In this document: positions 21,119-29,594 of the stretch, piece by piece
Layout of the letters: the number at the start of each line of letters is the position of its first letter
Position numbering within the stretch: position 1 is the stretch's first letter
Assembly (NCBI GenBank): GCA_964398485.1
Contig: CAYNMD010000002.1
Span: forward strand, 7,956-71,955
Source: an uncultured Bdellovibrionales bacterium
GTDB lineage: Bacteria; Patescibacteriota; Minisyncoccia; Moranbacterales; UBA1568
Length of the DNA stretch: 64,000 nucleotides
Direction: 5' to 3'
The notes under the pieces: model-generated
Told to the model about the DNA's origin: nothing
Database searches by the model: none
Seen by the model: only the letters and a program-made list of their open reading frames with translations
Program-made: the position numbers and the translations under genes

Positions 21119-23218
21119 TTACTTTTCTTCCTTGGGAGCGCGAGCGCCCATGATTTCATCAGCGACATTCTTGGGCACCTCAGCATAATGGGCAAATTCC
21201 ATCGAATAGCTGGCACGCCCCTGAGACATCGAACGCATCTGGGTCGCGTAACCAAACATGCTAGCGAGTGGCACCTCAGCACTTACCTCCTTCACTACCG
21301 CCGCTCCCTCGCCACGATCGGTCATTTCTTTGATAATACCGCGCTTGGAGTTGAGGTCACCCACGATATCACCCATGAATTGCTCTGGGGTAATCACCGC
21401 CACTTTCATAATTGGCTCAAGGATCACTGGCTTAGCTCGACGCATAGCCTCTTTGAAAGCCATCGAACCAGCAATTTTGAAGGCAGCTTCTGAAGAGTCA
21501 ACTTCATGAAAAGAGCCATCGTAGACAGTTGCTTTGACATCAACTACTGGATAGCCAGCGAGCACTCCCGTTTTGGTTGCTTCTTCAATACCCTTGTTGA
21601 TTGGCTTGATAAATTCCTGAGGAATAACACCACCCTTGATCTCATCAACGAACTCGTAACCCTTCCCTTGCTCATTGGGCTCGAGACGGATCCAGCAGTG
21701 ACCATATTGACCACGACCACCCGACTGACGAACATATTTCCCTTCGGCTTCGGCCATCATGCGAATGGTTTCACGATAAGCCACCTGAGGACGACCGACA
21801 TTAACCTCGACTTTGAACTCACGACGCATACGGTCAACGATGATATCGAGATGGAGTTCACCCATACCAGAGAGAATTGTTTGCCCACTTTCTTCATCGG
21901 TATGAACGCGGAATGTTGGATCTTCCTCAGAAAGTTTCTTTAAAGCCACACCCATCTTCTCTTGATCAGCCTTGGTCTTGGGTTCGACAGCGATATCAAT
22001 CACTGGCTCTGGAAAAACAATTGATTCGAGAATAACCGGTGAATCCTGATCGCACAGTGTGTCACCAGTCATAGTAACCTTCATACCTACCAGCGCACCG
22101 ATATCACCAGCAGAAAGGTCCTCGATATCCTCGCGATGATTGGCATGCATACGCACAATACGGCCGATACGTTCCTTTTCATCTTTGGTTGAGTTCAAAA
22201 CGTAAGAACCAGCTTTTACCGTACCCGAATATACGCGGAAGAAGGTGAGCTGTCCGACAAACGGGTCAGTGGCCACTTTGAAAGCAAGGGCTGAAAACTT
22301 TTCATTATCATCAGTCTTCCGCTCTACTTCCTTGTCGGTCTTGGGATCAATCCCCTTGACCGCCGGAATATCAATAGGTGATGGGAGATAATCCACCACA
22401 GCATCCAAAACAAGCTGCACACCCTTGTTTCGAAGAGCAGTTCCAGTCATCACTGGATGCAGTTTGACGGCGATAGTTGCTTTTCTGAGAGCTGCCTTAA
22501 GTTCTGCCTCGGAAATCTCTTCCCCGCCAAGAAATTTCTCCGTCAGAGAATCATCCGTCTCAGCGATCTTCTCTACCATCTTGTCACGCCACTCTTTGGC
22601 CTTATCAAGATATTCGGCTGGAATTTCTCCTTCAATAACATTTTCACCCATGTCCCCACTGAAGGTATACGCCTTCATGTTCATGAGGTTGATAAGTCCA
22701 TAAAAATCACCCCGGACTCCCAAAGGATACTGGATAGCCACGGCATTAGGAGTAAGACGATTCCAAATAGAAGCCAGGGCATCTTCAAAAATAGCTCCTT
22801 CTTTATCAATTTTGTTGATAAAACACATGCGCGGCACCTGATACTTCTCAGCCTGACGCCATACAGTCTCAGACTGTGGTTCAACTCCTTCTTTTCCATC
22901 AAATACCACCACTCCACCATCAAGTACGCGGAGAGAACGCTCCACTTCTACGGTAAAGTCTACGTGCCCGGGAGTATCGATGATGTTGATGTGATGATCT
23001 TTCCAATAACAAGTGGTAGCCGCTGAAGTGATCGTAATGCCACGTTCGCGTTCCTGCTCCATCCAGTCCATGGTCGCCTCACCCTCGTGTACTTCACCAA
23101 TCTTGTGCGTGATACCAGTGTAAAACAGGATTCTTTCTGTAGTGGTGGTTTTCCCAGCATCGATATGAGCGATGATACCAATATTGCGATACTTTTCTAC
23201 GGGAGTTTTGCGAGGCAT
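21119..23218 (-). CDS. fusA: elongation factor G
   Basis: 699 aa, [17 protein letters not shown], full five-domain EF-G. Confidence 0.95.
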   Translation of the reverse strand: MPRKTPVEKYRNIGIIAHIDAGKTTTTERILFYTGITHKIGEVHEGEATMDWMEQERERGITITSAATTCYWKDHHINIIDTPGHVDFTVEVERSLRVLDGGVVVFDGKEGVEPQSETVWRQAEKYQVPRMCFINKIDKEGAIFEDALASIWNRLTPNAVAIQYPLGVRGDFYGLINLMNMKAYTFSGDMGENVIEGEIPAEYLDKAKEWRDKMVEKIAETDDSLTEKFLGGEEISEAELKAALRKATIAVKLHPVMTGTALRNKGVQLVLDAVVDYLPSPIDIPAVKGIDPKTDKEVERKTDDNEKFSALAFKVATDPFVGQLTFFRVYSGTVKAGSYVLNSTKDEKERIGRIVRMHANHREDIEDLSAGDIGALVGMKVTMTGDTLCDQDSPVILESIVFPEPVIDIAVEPKTKADQEKMGVALKKLSEEDPTFRVHTDEESGQTILSGMGELHLDIIVDRMRREFKVEVNVGRPQVAYRETIRMMAEAEGKYVRQSGGRGQYGHCWIRLEPNEQGKGYEFVDEIKGGVIPQEFIKPINKGIEEATKTGVLAGYPVVDVKATVYDGSFHEVDSSEAAFKIAGSMAFKEAMRRAKPVILEPIMKVAVITPEQFMGDIVGDLNSKRGIIKEMTDRGEGAAVVKEVSAEVPLASMFGYATQMRSMSQGRASYSMEFAHYAEVPKNVADEIMGARAPKEEK

Positions 23219-23311
23219 AGGAACAAAAAATTATTATCTCTTTATTGTGAGGAAGCACCCCAAGAGGTGCCTCAACTTACTGTATCAAAGTCTGCTCTTC
23301 TCTAGAAGAAT

Positions 23312-23779
23312 TTAGGCAAAGTGAGCAAAAGCCTTGTTGGCTTCGGCCATACGATGGGTCTCTTCGCGCTTCTTCATAGCAGTCCCAATCTTGTTGGAGG
23401 CATCGATAAGCTCATCGGCGAGCTTCTCAGAAAAAGCCTTCCCTTTGCGATTGCGGCAAGCATCTCGCACCCAGCGGAGAGCCAATACCTGTCGGCGTTC
23501 TCCTGATACTGGGACTGGGACTTGATAGTTAGCACCACCCACACGACGACTCTTGAGCTGAAGGAGGGGGGACACATTCTTTACAGCCTGTTCAAAAACA
23601 CTCATACCACCCTTACCTGTCTTGGCCTGGATGATGTCGAAAGCATCATAGATAAGCTTCTCAGCTACACTCCGCTTACCATTCCACATGATCATCCCAA
23701 TAAAATGACCAATCAGCGGATCGCTAAATTTGGTATCCGGTCTCCATTCTCGCTTATATTGTCGCTTTCTTCGTGGCAT
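23312..23779 (-). CDS. rpsG: 30S ribosomal protein S7
   Basis: 155 aa canonical. Confidence 0.95.
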   Translation of the reverse strand: MPRRKRQYKREWRPDTKFSDPLIGHFIGMIMWNGKRSVAEKLIYDAFDIIQAKTGKGGMSVFEQAVKNVSPLLQLKSRRVGGANYQVPVPVSGERRQVLALRWVRDACRNRKGKAFSEKLADELIDASNKIGTAMKKREETHRMAEANKAFAHFA

Positions 23780-23802
23780 ATCACCTTATAAAATCATCAC
23801 AG

Positions 23803-24219
23803 TTAGTCTTTCTTCTTCTCCTTCTTGGCACCGTACTTTGATCGACTTTGCTTGCGTCCCACACCAGCAGCATCAAAAATCCCGCGAACGATGTGATAGC
23901 GAACACCAGGAAGATCTTTCACGCGGCCTCCCCGAATCATGACAATGGAGTGTTCCTGAAGATTATGGCCCTCGCCTGGAATATAGGCCGTGACTTCCAT
24001 TCCATTAGTAAGACGGACACGAGCAATCTTTCGGAGAGCCGAGTTTGGCTTCTTTGGCGTCATAGTTGTCACCTTAAGGCAAACTCCGCGCTTGAAAGGA
24101 CTATTAGTCTTGGTAATCCGGTTCTTTACGGTATTGGTAACAAAAGTCATCGCCGGAGATTTTGACTTGCGGCGAGTGGTCGAACGAGGACGCTTGATGA
24201 GTTGATTGATGGTTGACAT
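23803..24219 (-). CDS. rpsL: 30S ribosomal protein S12
   Basis: ...[10 protein letters not shown]... canonical. Confidence 0.95.
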   Translation of the reverse strand: MSTINQLIKRPRSTTRRKSKSPAMTFVTNTVKNRITKTNSPFKRGVCLKVTTMTPKKPNSALRKIARVRLTNGMEVTAYIPGEGHNLQEHSIVMIRGGRVKDLPGVRYHIVRGIFDAAGVGRKQSRSKYGAKKEKKKD

Positions 24220-24344
24220 GTGAAAAAAAGAAAGCTCGGTTAGACAAACAAAAAAAGACGGTCTGTCGCTGTGGAGCCAGTCTAGAGGAAACCTCCCTGT
24301 CTGTCAAGGACCAATCTCTCGATTTCAAGCAGAGGCACTCCTCC

Positions 24345-25067
24345 CTAAAAAGTAAGATTGAAGAAAAAACCAAGAACCGTAGAAATAAAGGTGCTAATGG
24401 GACCAGGGACGAGAAGAACGATAAATAGGAGGAGGAAAAAACCATACCGCTCGAGCATGAGCTGAGTTTCTTCGGATACCGGGAAAAGAGAAAAAAGAAT
24501 TTTTGAACCATCCAACGGTGGGATCGGGATGAGATTGAAACAGCCAAGAACAACGTTCCAGAAGATAACAAGTAGCAACAGTCCGAAAAAAATACTTGGG
24601 AATGATCCTGCAATACTCTCAGCAAGTGCACTAAAACGATCGAGAAACGCCCCGCTACCACCAATCACACCGGAAAAACGGATCAAGATATCCTGCTTGA
24701 CCAGAGAGGAAAGAGGTAGAAGAAAAGCTAAGACAGCAGCAATCAGTGCCATAAGAAAATTGGACGCCGGACCAGCAAGTGCTACCTTGAGACTCCCCCA
24801 TTTTTGATCGCGTAAATTATACGGATTGTAGGGAACTGGTTTGGCATAGCCAAAAGCAAACCCCGTCGTAAAAACAAGAAGAGCAGGAAGAATCACCGAG
24901 CCAAAAGGATCAATGTGACTCCAGGGAGACAGTGTGAGTCGGCCAGCGTACTTGGCCGTCAAATCACCCAGCCACAAAGCCACTACACCATGCGATACTT
25001 CATGAATAATGACTGAATACACGAGGGTGAAGAGATAAAATCCGGCGAGAATAAGTTCATTGGTCAT
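24345..25067 (-). CDS. site-2 protease family (peptidase M50) membrane metalloprotease
   Basis: HEVSHGVVA HExxH in a TM helix; polytopic, 240 aa. Confidence 0.7.
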   Translation of the reverse strand: MTNELILAGFYLFTLVYSVIIHEVSHGVVALWLGDLTAKYAGRLTLSPWSHIDPFGSVILPALLVFTTGFAFGYAKPVPYNPYNLRDQKWGSLKVALAGPASNFLMALIAAVLAFLLPLSSLVKQDILIRFSGVIGGSGAFLDRFSALAESIAGSFPSIFFGLLLLVIFWNVVLGCFNLIPIPPLDGSKILFSLFPVSEETQLMLERYGFFLLLFIVLLVPGPISTFISTVLGFFFNLTF

Positions 25068-25176
25068 AAGAAAAATAGGACGTACACTTTAGGGGCTTGC
25101 CAAGACCATCATAGCATGCTAGACTTTGTTCGCTAAGTACTTGCCCATTGGGGCAGTTTTTATTCAGAATACTTCT

Positions 25177-25353
25177 ATGAGTCGCGTCTGCCAACTTACC
25201 GGCCGGGGTACCCAAACCGGTAACAAAATTAGCCATTCCAAGCGTCACACTCGTCGCACGTTTGCCATCAACCTCCAGACTAAACGTATTGGTGGTATGA
25301 AGCTCCGTCTTTCAACACGAGCTATTCGCACCTTGGCTAAAAGCACTGCCTAG
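25177..25353 (+). CDS. rpmB: 50S ribosomal protein L28
   Basis: [34 protein letters not shown] matches the canonical L28 N-terminus (MSRVCQ.TGK...GN..SH..N.TKRRF.PNL). 58 aa, one of the few plus-strand genes. Confidence 0.85.
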   Translation: MSRVCQLTGRGTQTGNKISHSKRHTRRTFAINLQTKRIGGMKLRLSTRAIRTLAKSTA

Positions 25354-25380
25354 CAGCTAATTTGTTTGCTCACATGAAAC

Positions 25381-25404
25381 AATCCCCGTCTTGGGGATTT
25401 TTTC
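25381..25404 (+). terminator. Rho-independent terminator after rpmB
   Basis: AAUCCCC-GUCUU-GGGGAUU followed by UUUUU. Confidence 0.6.
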
Positions 25405-25517
25405 TTGACTTTTTTTAATGGCAGGAGCATCCTGTCATGGTTGGTCGTACTACCTAATCTGACACTTGATAAAAGGTCAAGGAAAGATTCCGTAGCGTGA
25501 TCACATTCAGTTCCTTC

Positions 25518-25535
25518 GGGCGTAACGCCCATTTT
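25518..25535 (+). promoter_or_regulatory. short leader hairpin plus U-run about 35 nt upstream of the 25570 gene (possible attenuator)
   Basis: GGGCG-UAA-CGCCC then AUUUU. An AAGGA ribosome-binding site lies 7 nt before the ATG at 25570. Confidence 0.3.
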
Positions 25536-25569
25536 CATCACTCTCCTACAACGCAGACAAGGATACCTC

Positions 25570-26196
25570 ATGAGCGAAGTTGTGTCTCTCGAATCGCAAA
25601 CCACCGCCGTGGTTCCTTTCATTTCATACTTCTGTGGTGACTGGAAACTCCACGCCTTCGCGAACGCACTCGACAACTTGTCGCCGTGCCACCGTGAACG
25701 CCGACTTGGCGGTGGTTTCATCTTCCGTATCAACCAGACAGCGCTCCTCGAGTTCGATGCCATCGTGAATGGGTTCAGTACTGCACGCTTCGAGCACACG
25801 ATCATCTTTACCCACACTGGATGCCTCGCACTGCGTGATTGCAACTACTTCGCTGGACTCAGGCAAAAGCGAGAAGCTCAATTCTCTCCAGATCATGCCG
25901 GGGAGATCGCTTTCAACTCAGCTGTCCTTAAGAAGATTCGTTTCCAAACACAGCAGCTCCGTTCCCCCATCATCTGGCACTTCGGTATCGTGGAAACCGA
26001 AAAGGTGATCGATATTCGTCCCGACTCCTCTCTGGACGAGGTCCTGAGTGCTGTGATTTGGCCATTTGGACCGCCACCGCCAGAGGTGCTACAAGGAAAG
26101 ATTCGTCACGAGCGACTTGGACCAATGAACCAATCAACTCCTGGTCGGTACCAACCTGTCACTGATTGCGGACACGACAATGCTCTCACGGCCTGA
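25570..26196 (+). CDS. hypothetical protein, divergent beta-carbonic-anhydrase-like fold
   Basis: 208 aa. GGGFIFRINQTA aligns to the beta-CA FV.RN.GN motif and TIIFTHTGCLA to the I.ICGH..CG motif (HxxC). The first Zn-ligand motif is non-canonical (CGDWK). Good RBS. The antisense ORF 25350..25844 has junk composition. Confidence 0.5.
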   Translation: MSEVVSLESQTTAVVPFISYFCGDWKLHAFANALDNLSPCHRERRLGGGFIFRINQTALLEFDAIVNGFSTARFEHTIIFTHTGCLALRDCNYFAGLRQKREAQFSPDHAGEIAFNSAVLKKIRFQTQQLRSPIIWHFGIVETEKVIDIRPDSSLDEVLSAVIWPFGPPPPEVLQGKIRHERLGPMNQSTPGRYQPVTDCGHDNALTA

Positions 26197-26225
26197 CAGT
26201 TCTGCCATGATTGAGGAGTGATCCA

Positions 26226-26269
26226 GGACGCCCCTCCTTCAACGCGAGGAGGGGCGTCCACAATTTTTT
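26226..26269 (+). terminator. strong Rho-independent terminator after the 25570..26196 gene
   Basis: Perfect 12-bp GC-rich inverted repeat GGACGCCCCTCC/GGAGGGGCGTCC with a 10-nt loop, followed by ACAATTTTTT. Confidence 0.6.
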
Positions 26270-26303
26270 GATACTAAATTTTAGTTTGGTAATTCCCATC
26301 CCT

Positions 26304-27353
26304 ATGCCACTCATGAAAGAAGTTCTCAAACTCAATGAACTCCGCAGTCGAGAGTTTTCCTCACCAGCAGCTCATGATGCTCGAGCTCTTTATCAAAGCC
26401 AGCACCCGACCAATATTCTCGTCTTCAAATGTATGGATGGTCGTGTCAACCTTCCTCTTATTACCGGTATTCCCATGGGAATACTTCGGCCTTTTAGAAA
26501 TATCGGGGGAAAATTCACTCTCGGTTACCCCTACCTCGGCCGCCTCGTTCTCGACGCCAAGGAAGCAGCAATCCGTGAAGGAAGAGCGACGCTTGCTTTT
26601 TGTACCTACCATTTCTCCAAAGGAAGTGAACATCGTGGTTGTGCTGGACATGGTTATGATACTGTCGCTGCTCGCAAAGGCGCCGCTGTACTCAAAGAAG
26701 AGTTTGAAACTATTTTTGGTCACAATAATCCAGCCATCTCAGCTATCGTTGTAGGTATCGAAACCGATGAAGATGCTCTCACCTTCTGCAACACCCATGA
26801 GAAGCATGATTTTTCTATTGCTGACCATGTAGATGACAGCGATGATGAAATACGACGCGGTCTTCGCACGCTCTATCCTAACATGGAAACCCGAGTACTT
26901 AATGACCTCATGCCTCTTGCTCTCGGCAACCGAGATCATGTCGCCCGGCTACGTCGTGAAGGAAGGCCAGTTGCCGAGCTTGTTCATGGTGAAAATATTA
27001 TCTGTGTCGGACGTGGTTTTGATTGGCTTCACATGCCTAATCGGGCTCTCATCATTGGACCCTACGGCGATGCAGTTCAAACTTGGCGTGATGCAGTTCG
27101 AGTGGCAGGGAATATCGTTCTGGATAATTTCAAAAAGAAACGCGTTCCTAAAGCCCATGGGGCACTCCTTCTTGTCTCTGCTCCCTATTCAGATATGAAC
27201 GAGCGTGAACTTGCTATCGCCAAGGTAGGATATTTTACCACTGTGGCTAGTACTGTCCTTGCTCCTGTTGCTAAGAAACTCCGGCTCGAGATGCTCACAG
27301 GGGTCACCGATATGACTACCATGAAATTTCACCAAATAAAACTCAACTCATAA
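26304..27353 (+). CDS. beta-carbonic-anhydrase-like domain protein with about 150-aa C-terminal extension
   Basis: C-M-D-G-R (the CxDxR Zn-ligand/dyad motif), R-P-F-R-N-I-G-G 23 residues later (beta-CA FV.RN.GN) and EH-R-G-C-A-G (HxxCG) with beta-CA-like spacing. Start taken at the ATG at 26304 (MPLMKEVL); the longer track ORF from 26211 runs through the upstream terminator. Confidence 0.55.
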   Translation: MPLMKEVLKLNELRSREFSSPAAHDARALYQSQHPTNILVFKCMDGRVNLPLITGIPMGILRPFRNIGGKFTLGYPYLGRLVLDAKEAAIREGRATLAFCTYHFSKGSEHRGCAGHGYDTVAARKGAAVLKEEFETIFGHNNPAISAIVVGIETDEDALTFCNTHEKHDFSIADHVDDSDDEIRRGLRTLYPNMETRVLNDLMPLALGNRDHVARLRREGRPVAELVHGENIICVGRGFDWLHMPNRALIIGPYGDAVQTWRDAVRVAGNIVLDNFKKKRVPKAHGALLLVSAPYSDMNERELAIAKVGYFTTVASTVLAPVAKKLRLEMLTGVTDMTTMKFHQIKLNS

Positions 27354-27370
27354 ATTTCACGGCCAATCTA

Positions 27371-27404
27371 AAACCGCCCAAAAGGGCGGTTTTAGATTAT
27401 TTTT
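27371..27404. terminator. bidirectional Rho-independent terminator between the beta-CA-like gene and tRNA-Pro
   Basis: AAACCGCCC-AAAA-GGGCGGTTT, flanked by an A-run on one side and a T-run on the other. Confidence 0.6.
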
Positions 27405-27405
27405 G

Positions 27406-27476
27406 TCGGGCTGCCGGGAATTGAACCCGGGCTACATCCACCCCATGGACGCGTACTACCGTTATACTACAGCCCG
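27406..27476 (-). tRNA. tRNA-Pro (anticodon GGG)
   Basis: Hand-folded 71 nt: acceptor CGGGCUG/CAGCCCG, U8-A9, D-stem GUAU/GUAC, anticodon stem CGUCC/GGAUG, loop AUGGGGU (U33, G37), T-arm CCGGG-UUCAAUU-CCCGG, discriminator A. No encoded CCA. Confidence 0.8.
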
Positions 27477-27479
27477 CTG

Positions 27480-27977
27480 TACTTATTTTGAACAGAGTGA
27501 GCATATCAGGATTTAAGATAAATTGAAAGACCGGCCTGGGGATCGCCCGTTGGTCGGTCTCGTGACTGCTGGGGTTCCGGCAGCTCGGTTGCGGCTCAGC
27601 CTGATTCAGGCCTGCTGCGAAGTGCGGTACTCGTAACGGTGCTGCCCGTCGTGACGGACGCCCTCCGTATGAGTACCAGTGGCGTAATCGGTGATATGCA
27701 CAACAGCAATCACCTTTGGTTGATTGGATCCCGCAACTGGAGTGGCGGGGGCGACAGCGGGTTGAGCCTTGTCAGTTTGACCTAGCCCCAACACTTCACG
27801 AATTTGCCTTAGCACGATGTGCTCCTCATTTGATGATTCCAAAACCACTACAGCCAAAGCTTTGGTGGCACTACTTACCTCAAGGAAATACTTCCGAGAG
27901 ATAAAAATATTCTATACCTCTTCTCATTTTCTGCAAGGGGGATATGCAAAAGCCCCTCAAGTGAGGGGCTTTACAAG
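27480..27977. other. GC-rich (about 58%) roughly 500-nt segment with no convincing ORF; candidate structured RNA or decayed gene
   Basis: Local GC is well above the neighbours. It contains a 9-bp hairpin (AGACCGGCC...GGTCGGTCT, 27524..27556). The only ORF of 60 aa or more (27606..27857, minus) starts with TTG and has no RBS. Confidence 0.25.
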
Positions 27978-28586
27978 TTACTCGAGAATACCGTCGAGAT
28001 TTACATCGTAGAGGATTTGTTCCTGAACGAGACGATACTTGAGAATATCTTCTGGACTAAACCAGATCGGGATCTCGCGGAGCGCCTCTTCTGGACTATC
28101 TGAACAATGGACGAGATTTCTCACGGCACGATTGTCGATCGAAGACAGCGCATACGAGTCGACGGTCAAATCGCCACGAATCGTACCTACATCAGACGTT
28201 GTTGGCTCAGTACCACCAACAAGCTTTTTGACGATGGCTACTGATTGATTGCCTTCTACTACAAAAGCAAGGACTGGACCAGAGGTGAAGAAATCAACAT
28301 TACTCTTGATAATATCTTTACCATACTCCATTGCCTCTTTCTCAATAGGAAGATTTTGCGCCTTGCGGTCATCAACAATACGTGTCCCCTTTTTCATGAA
28401 CCACTCATCGTCTTTGTTGTAATGCTTCCAGCACTGATCTGCTGTAGGAAGAAGCATCTTCATAGCCACAAATTTGAGGCCGGTATTCTCAATCCGCGAG
28501 ACGATAGTTCCCATGAGAGAACGTTGGATAGCATCAGGCTTCAAGATAACCAGCGTTTGTTCTTTCTTGGGATGAGCAATAGCCAT
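27978..28586 (-). CDS. ndk: nucleoside-diphosphate kinase with insertions and about 40-aa C-terminal extension
   Basis: LVILKPDAIQR...NLVHCSDS (NxxH[GC]SD active-site His) in a 202-aa protein, against typical NDK of about 140 aa. Confidence 0.75.
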   Translation of the reverse strand: MAIAHPKKEQTLVILKPDAIQRSLMGTIVSRIENTGLKFVAMKMLLPTADQCWKHYNKDDEWFMKKGTRIVDDRKAQNLPIEKEAMEYGKDIIKSNVDFFTSGPVLAFVVEGNQSVAIVKKLVGGTEPTTSDVGTIRGDLTVDSYALSSIDNRAVRNLVHCSDSPEEALREIPIWFSPEDILKYRLVQEQILYDVNLDGILE

Positions 28587-28718
28587 ATGCTTGGTGCGCT
28601 AAAAATGAATCTACAGTTTTAATATGACACGAAATATTGATAAAAACAATATTCCGCTTGCCTGAAAGAGTATACCCTCTCCGAGAGATTCAGTCAATGA
28701 TCCGTAGACCAAGATACT

Positions 28719-29594
28719 CTATTCAACTTCTCGAGCGCAGCTCTCTTGATCGACTACACAAACATACGTAATTGAACCCTCTTCATCTGTGCGCAGTGAA
28801 ATAATCTGACGCTGAGCAAGACGTTCCAAAACTTGAAAAGCTGGATGTCCATAATTATTTTCCCCCACCGAAAGAATCACCTCTTTTGGTCGCAAGAGAT
28901 CAAGCCAAGCATCGCTCGTTGAAGAAGCGGAACCATGATGAGCAGCTTTGAGAACTTCAACTGGCTGAACTGTAGGGAGAAATTCCTCCTCATGAGGTAA
29001 ATCTCCGGTAAAAAGAAAATCAGTTTTGCCAAAAGTGAAACGAGTAACAATACTCCCTTCATTGGAACTCAGATCTGGAGCCAATGGCAACTCTTTCGGA
29101 TAAAGAATCTCGAGACTCCCTCCGTGACGAAGATGGAGTGACACCCCTGCCCTACCGGGAACATCATGCTGGATTCCGAAACGTTTGAGGGCTCTCTTGA
29201 GAAGGACGAGATCATCTGTTGTTTTTTCAGTTGTTTCAATTTGAGAAAATCCAGTCTCAATAAATTGACCGATCTGATATCGCTCAAATAATGTTGGTAG
29301 GCCACCAATATGATCAGTATCCGGATGAGTCGCTATTACCACCTCAATGGTTCGATCGTAAAAAGGTATCTTTTCTCCGAGAGCCGCTAGCAGCACGGAC
29401 CCGTCACGGCCACCATCAATAAGTACTTGTTCATGACCTGATTGGATAAGTATCGCATCTCCTTGACCTACCGCGAGAAAAGAAACGGTGGTTTGCTGAT
29501 CGTGCTCCCATACAAGAAAAAGCTGCACCCCAAGAAGAAGAGCTACCACTAAAAGACTAGCGAGAAGAACGCGAGTAATCCAGGCGAAGTACAT
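28719..29594 (-). CDS. comEC: ComEC C-terminal metallo-beta-lactamase-fold domain protein (split comEC, 3' part)
   Basis: N-terminal TM helix, then GQGDAILIQSG...HPDTDHIGG MBL motifs. Overlaps the upstream ORF by 38 nt in a different frame. Confidence 0.7.
   Translation of the reverse strand: MYFAWITRVLLASLLVVALLLGVQLFLVWEHDQQTTVSFLAVGQGDAILIQSGHEQVLIDGGRDGSVLLAALGEKIPFYDRTIEVVIATHPDTDHIGGLPTLFERYQIGQFIETGFSQIETTEKTTDDLVLLKRALKRFGIQHDVPGRAGVSLHLRHGGSLEILYPKELPLAPDLSSNEGSIVTRFTFGKTDFLFTGDLPHEEEFLPTVQPVEVLKAAHHGSASSTSDAWLDLLRPKEVILSVGENNYGHPAFQVLERLAQRQIISLRTDEEGSITYVCVVDQESCAREVE

Noticed and set aside
24104-24664. 186-aa minus-strand ORF spanning the rpsL start and the M50 protease end
   Set aside because: Ser/Phe/Leu-rich low-complexity translation in an alternate frame of two supported genes.
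25350-25844. 164-aa minus-strand ORF overlapping the rpmB end and the first beta-CA-like gene
   Set aside because: Arg/Ser-rich junk composition. It overlaps a plus-strand gene that has a good RBS and recognisable motifs and runs through the rpmB terminator.
26211-26303. Longer N-terminus for the second beta-CA-like gene (track ORF starts at 26211)
   Set aside because: The extra 31 codons span the strong GC hairpin terminator of the upstream gene and translate to low-complexity sequence. The internal ATG at 26304 is the more plausible start.
27606-27857. 83-aa minus-strand ORF in the GC-rich segment next to tRNA-Pro
   Set aside because: The only in-frame start is TTG with no RBS. It has Ala/Val/Pro-rich low-complexity composition and is probably a GC-content artefact, although the region itself is still flagged as anomalous.
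27480-27977. tmRNA or RNase P RNA in the GC-rich segment
   Set aside because: No GGUUCGAnUCC T-arm or ACCA end on either strand (tmRNA). None of the RNase P conserved blocks (AGGAAAGUCCGGGCUCC, ACAGAACCCGGCUUA, GGGUAAACCCCACC) are present. Only a short GUGCGGUA-like match, which is not enough.
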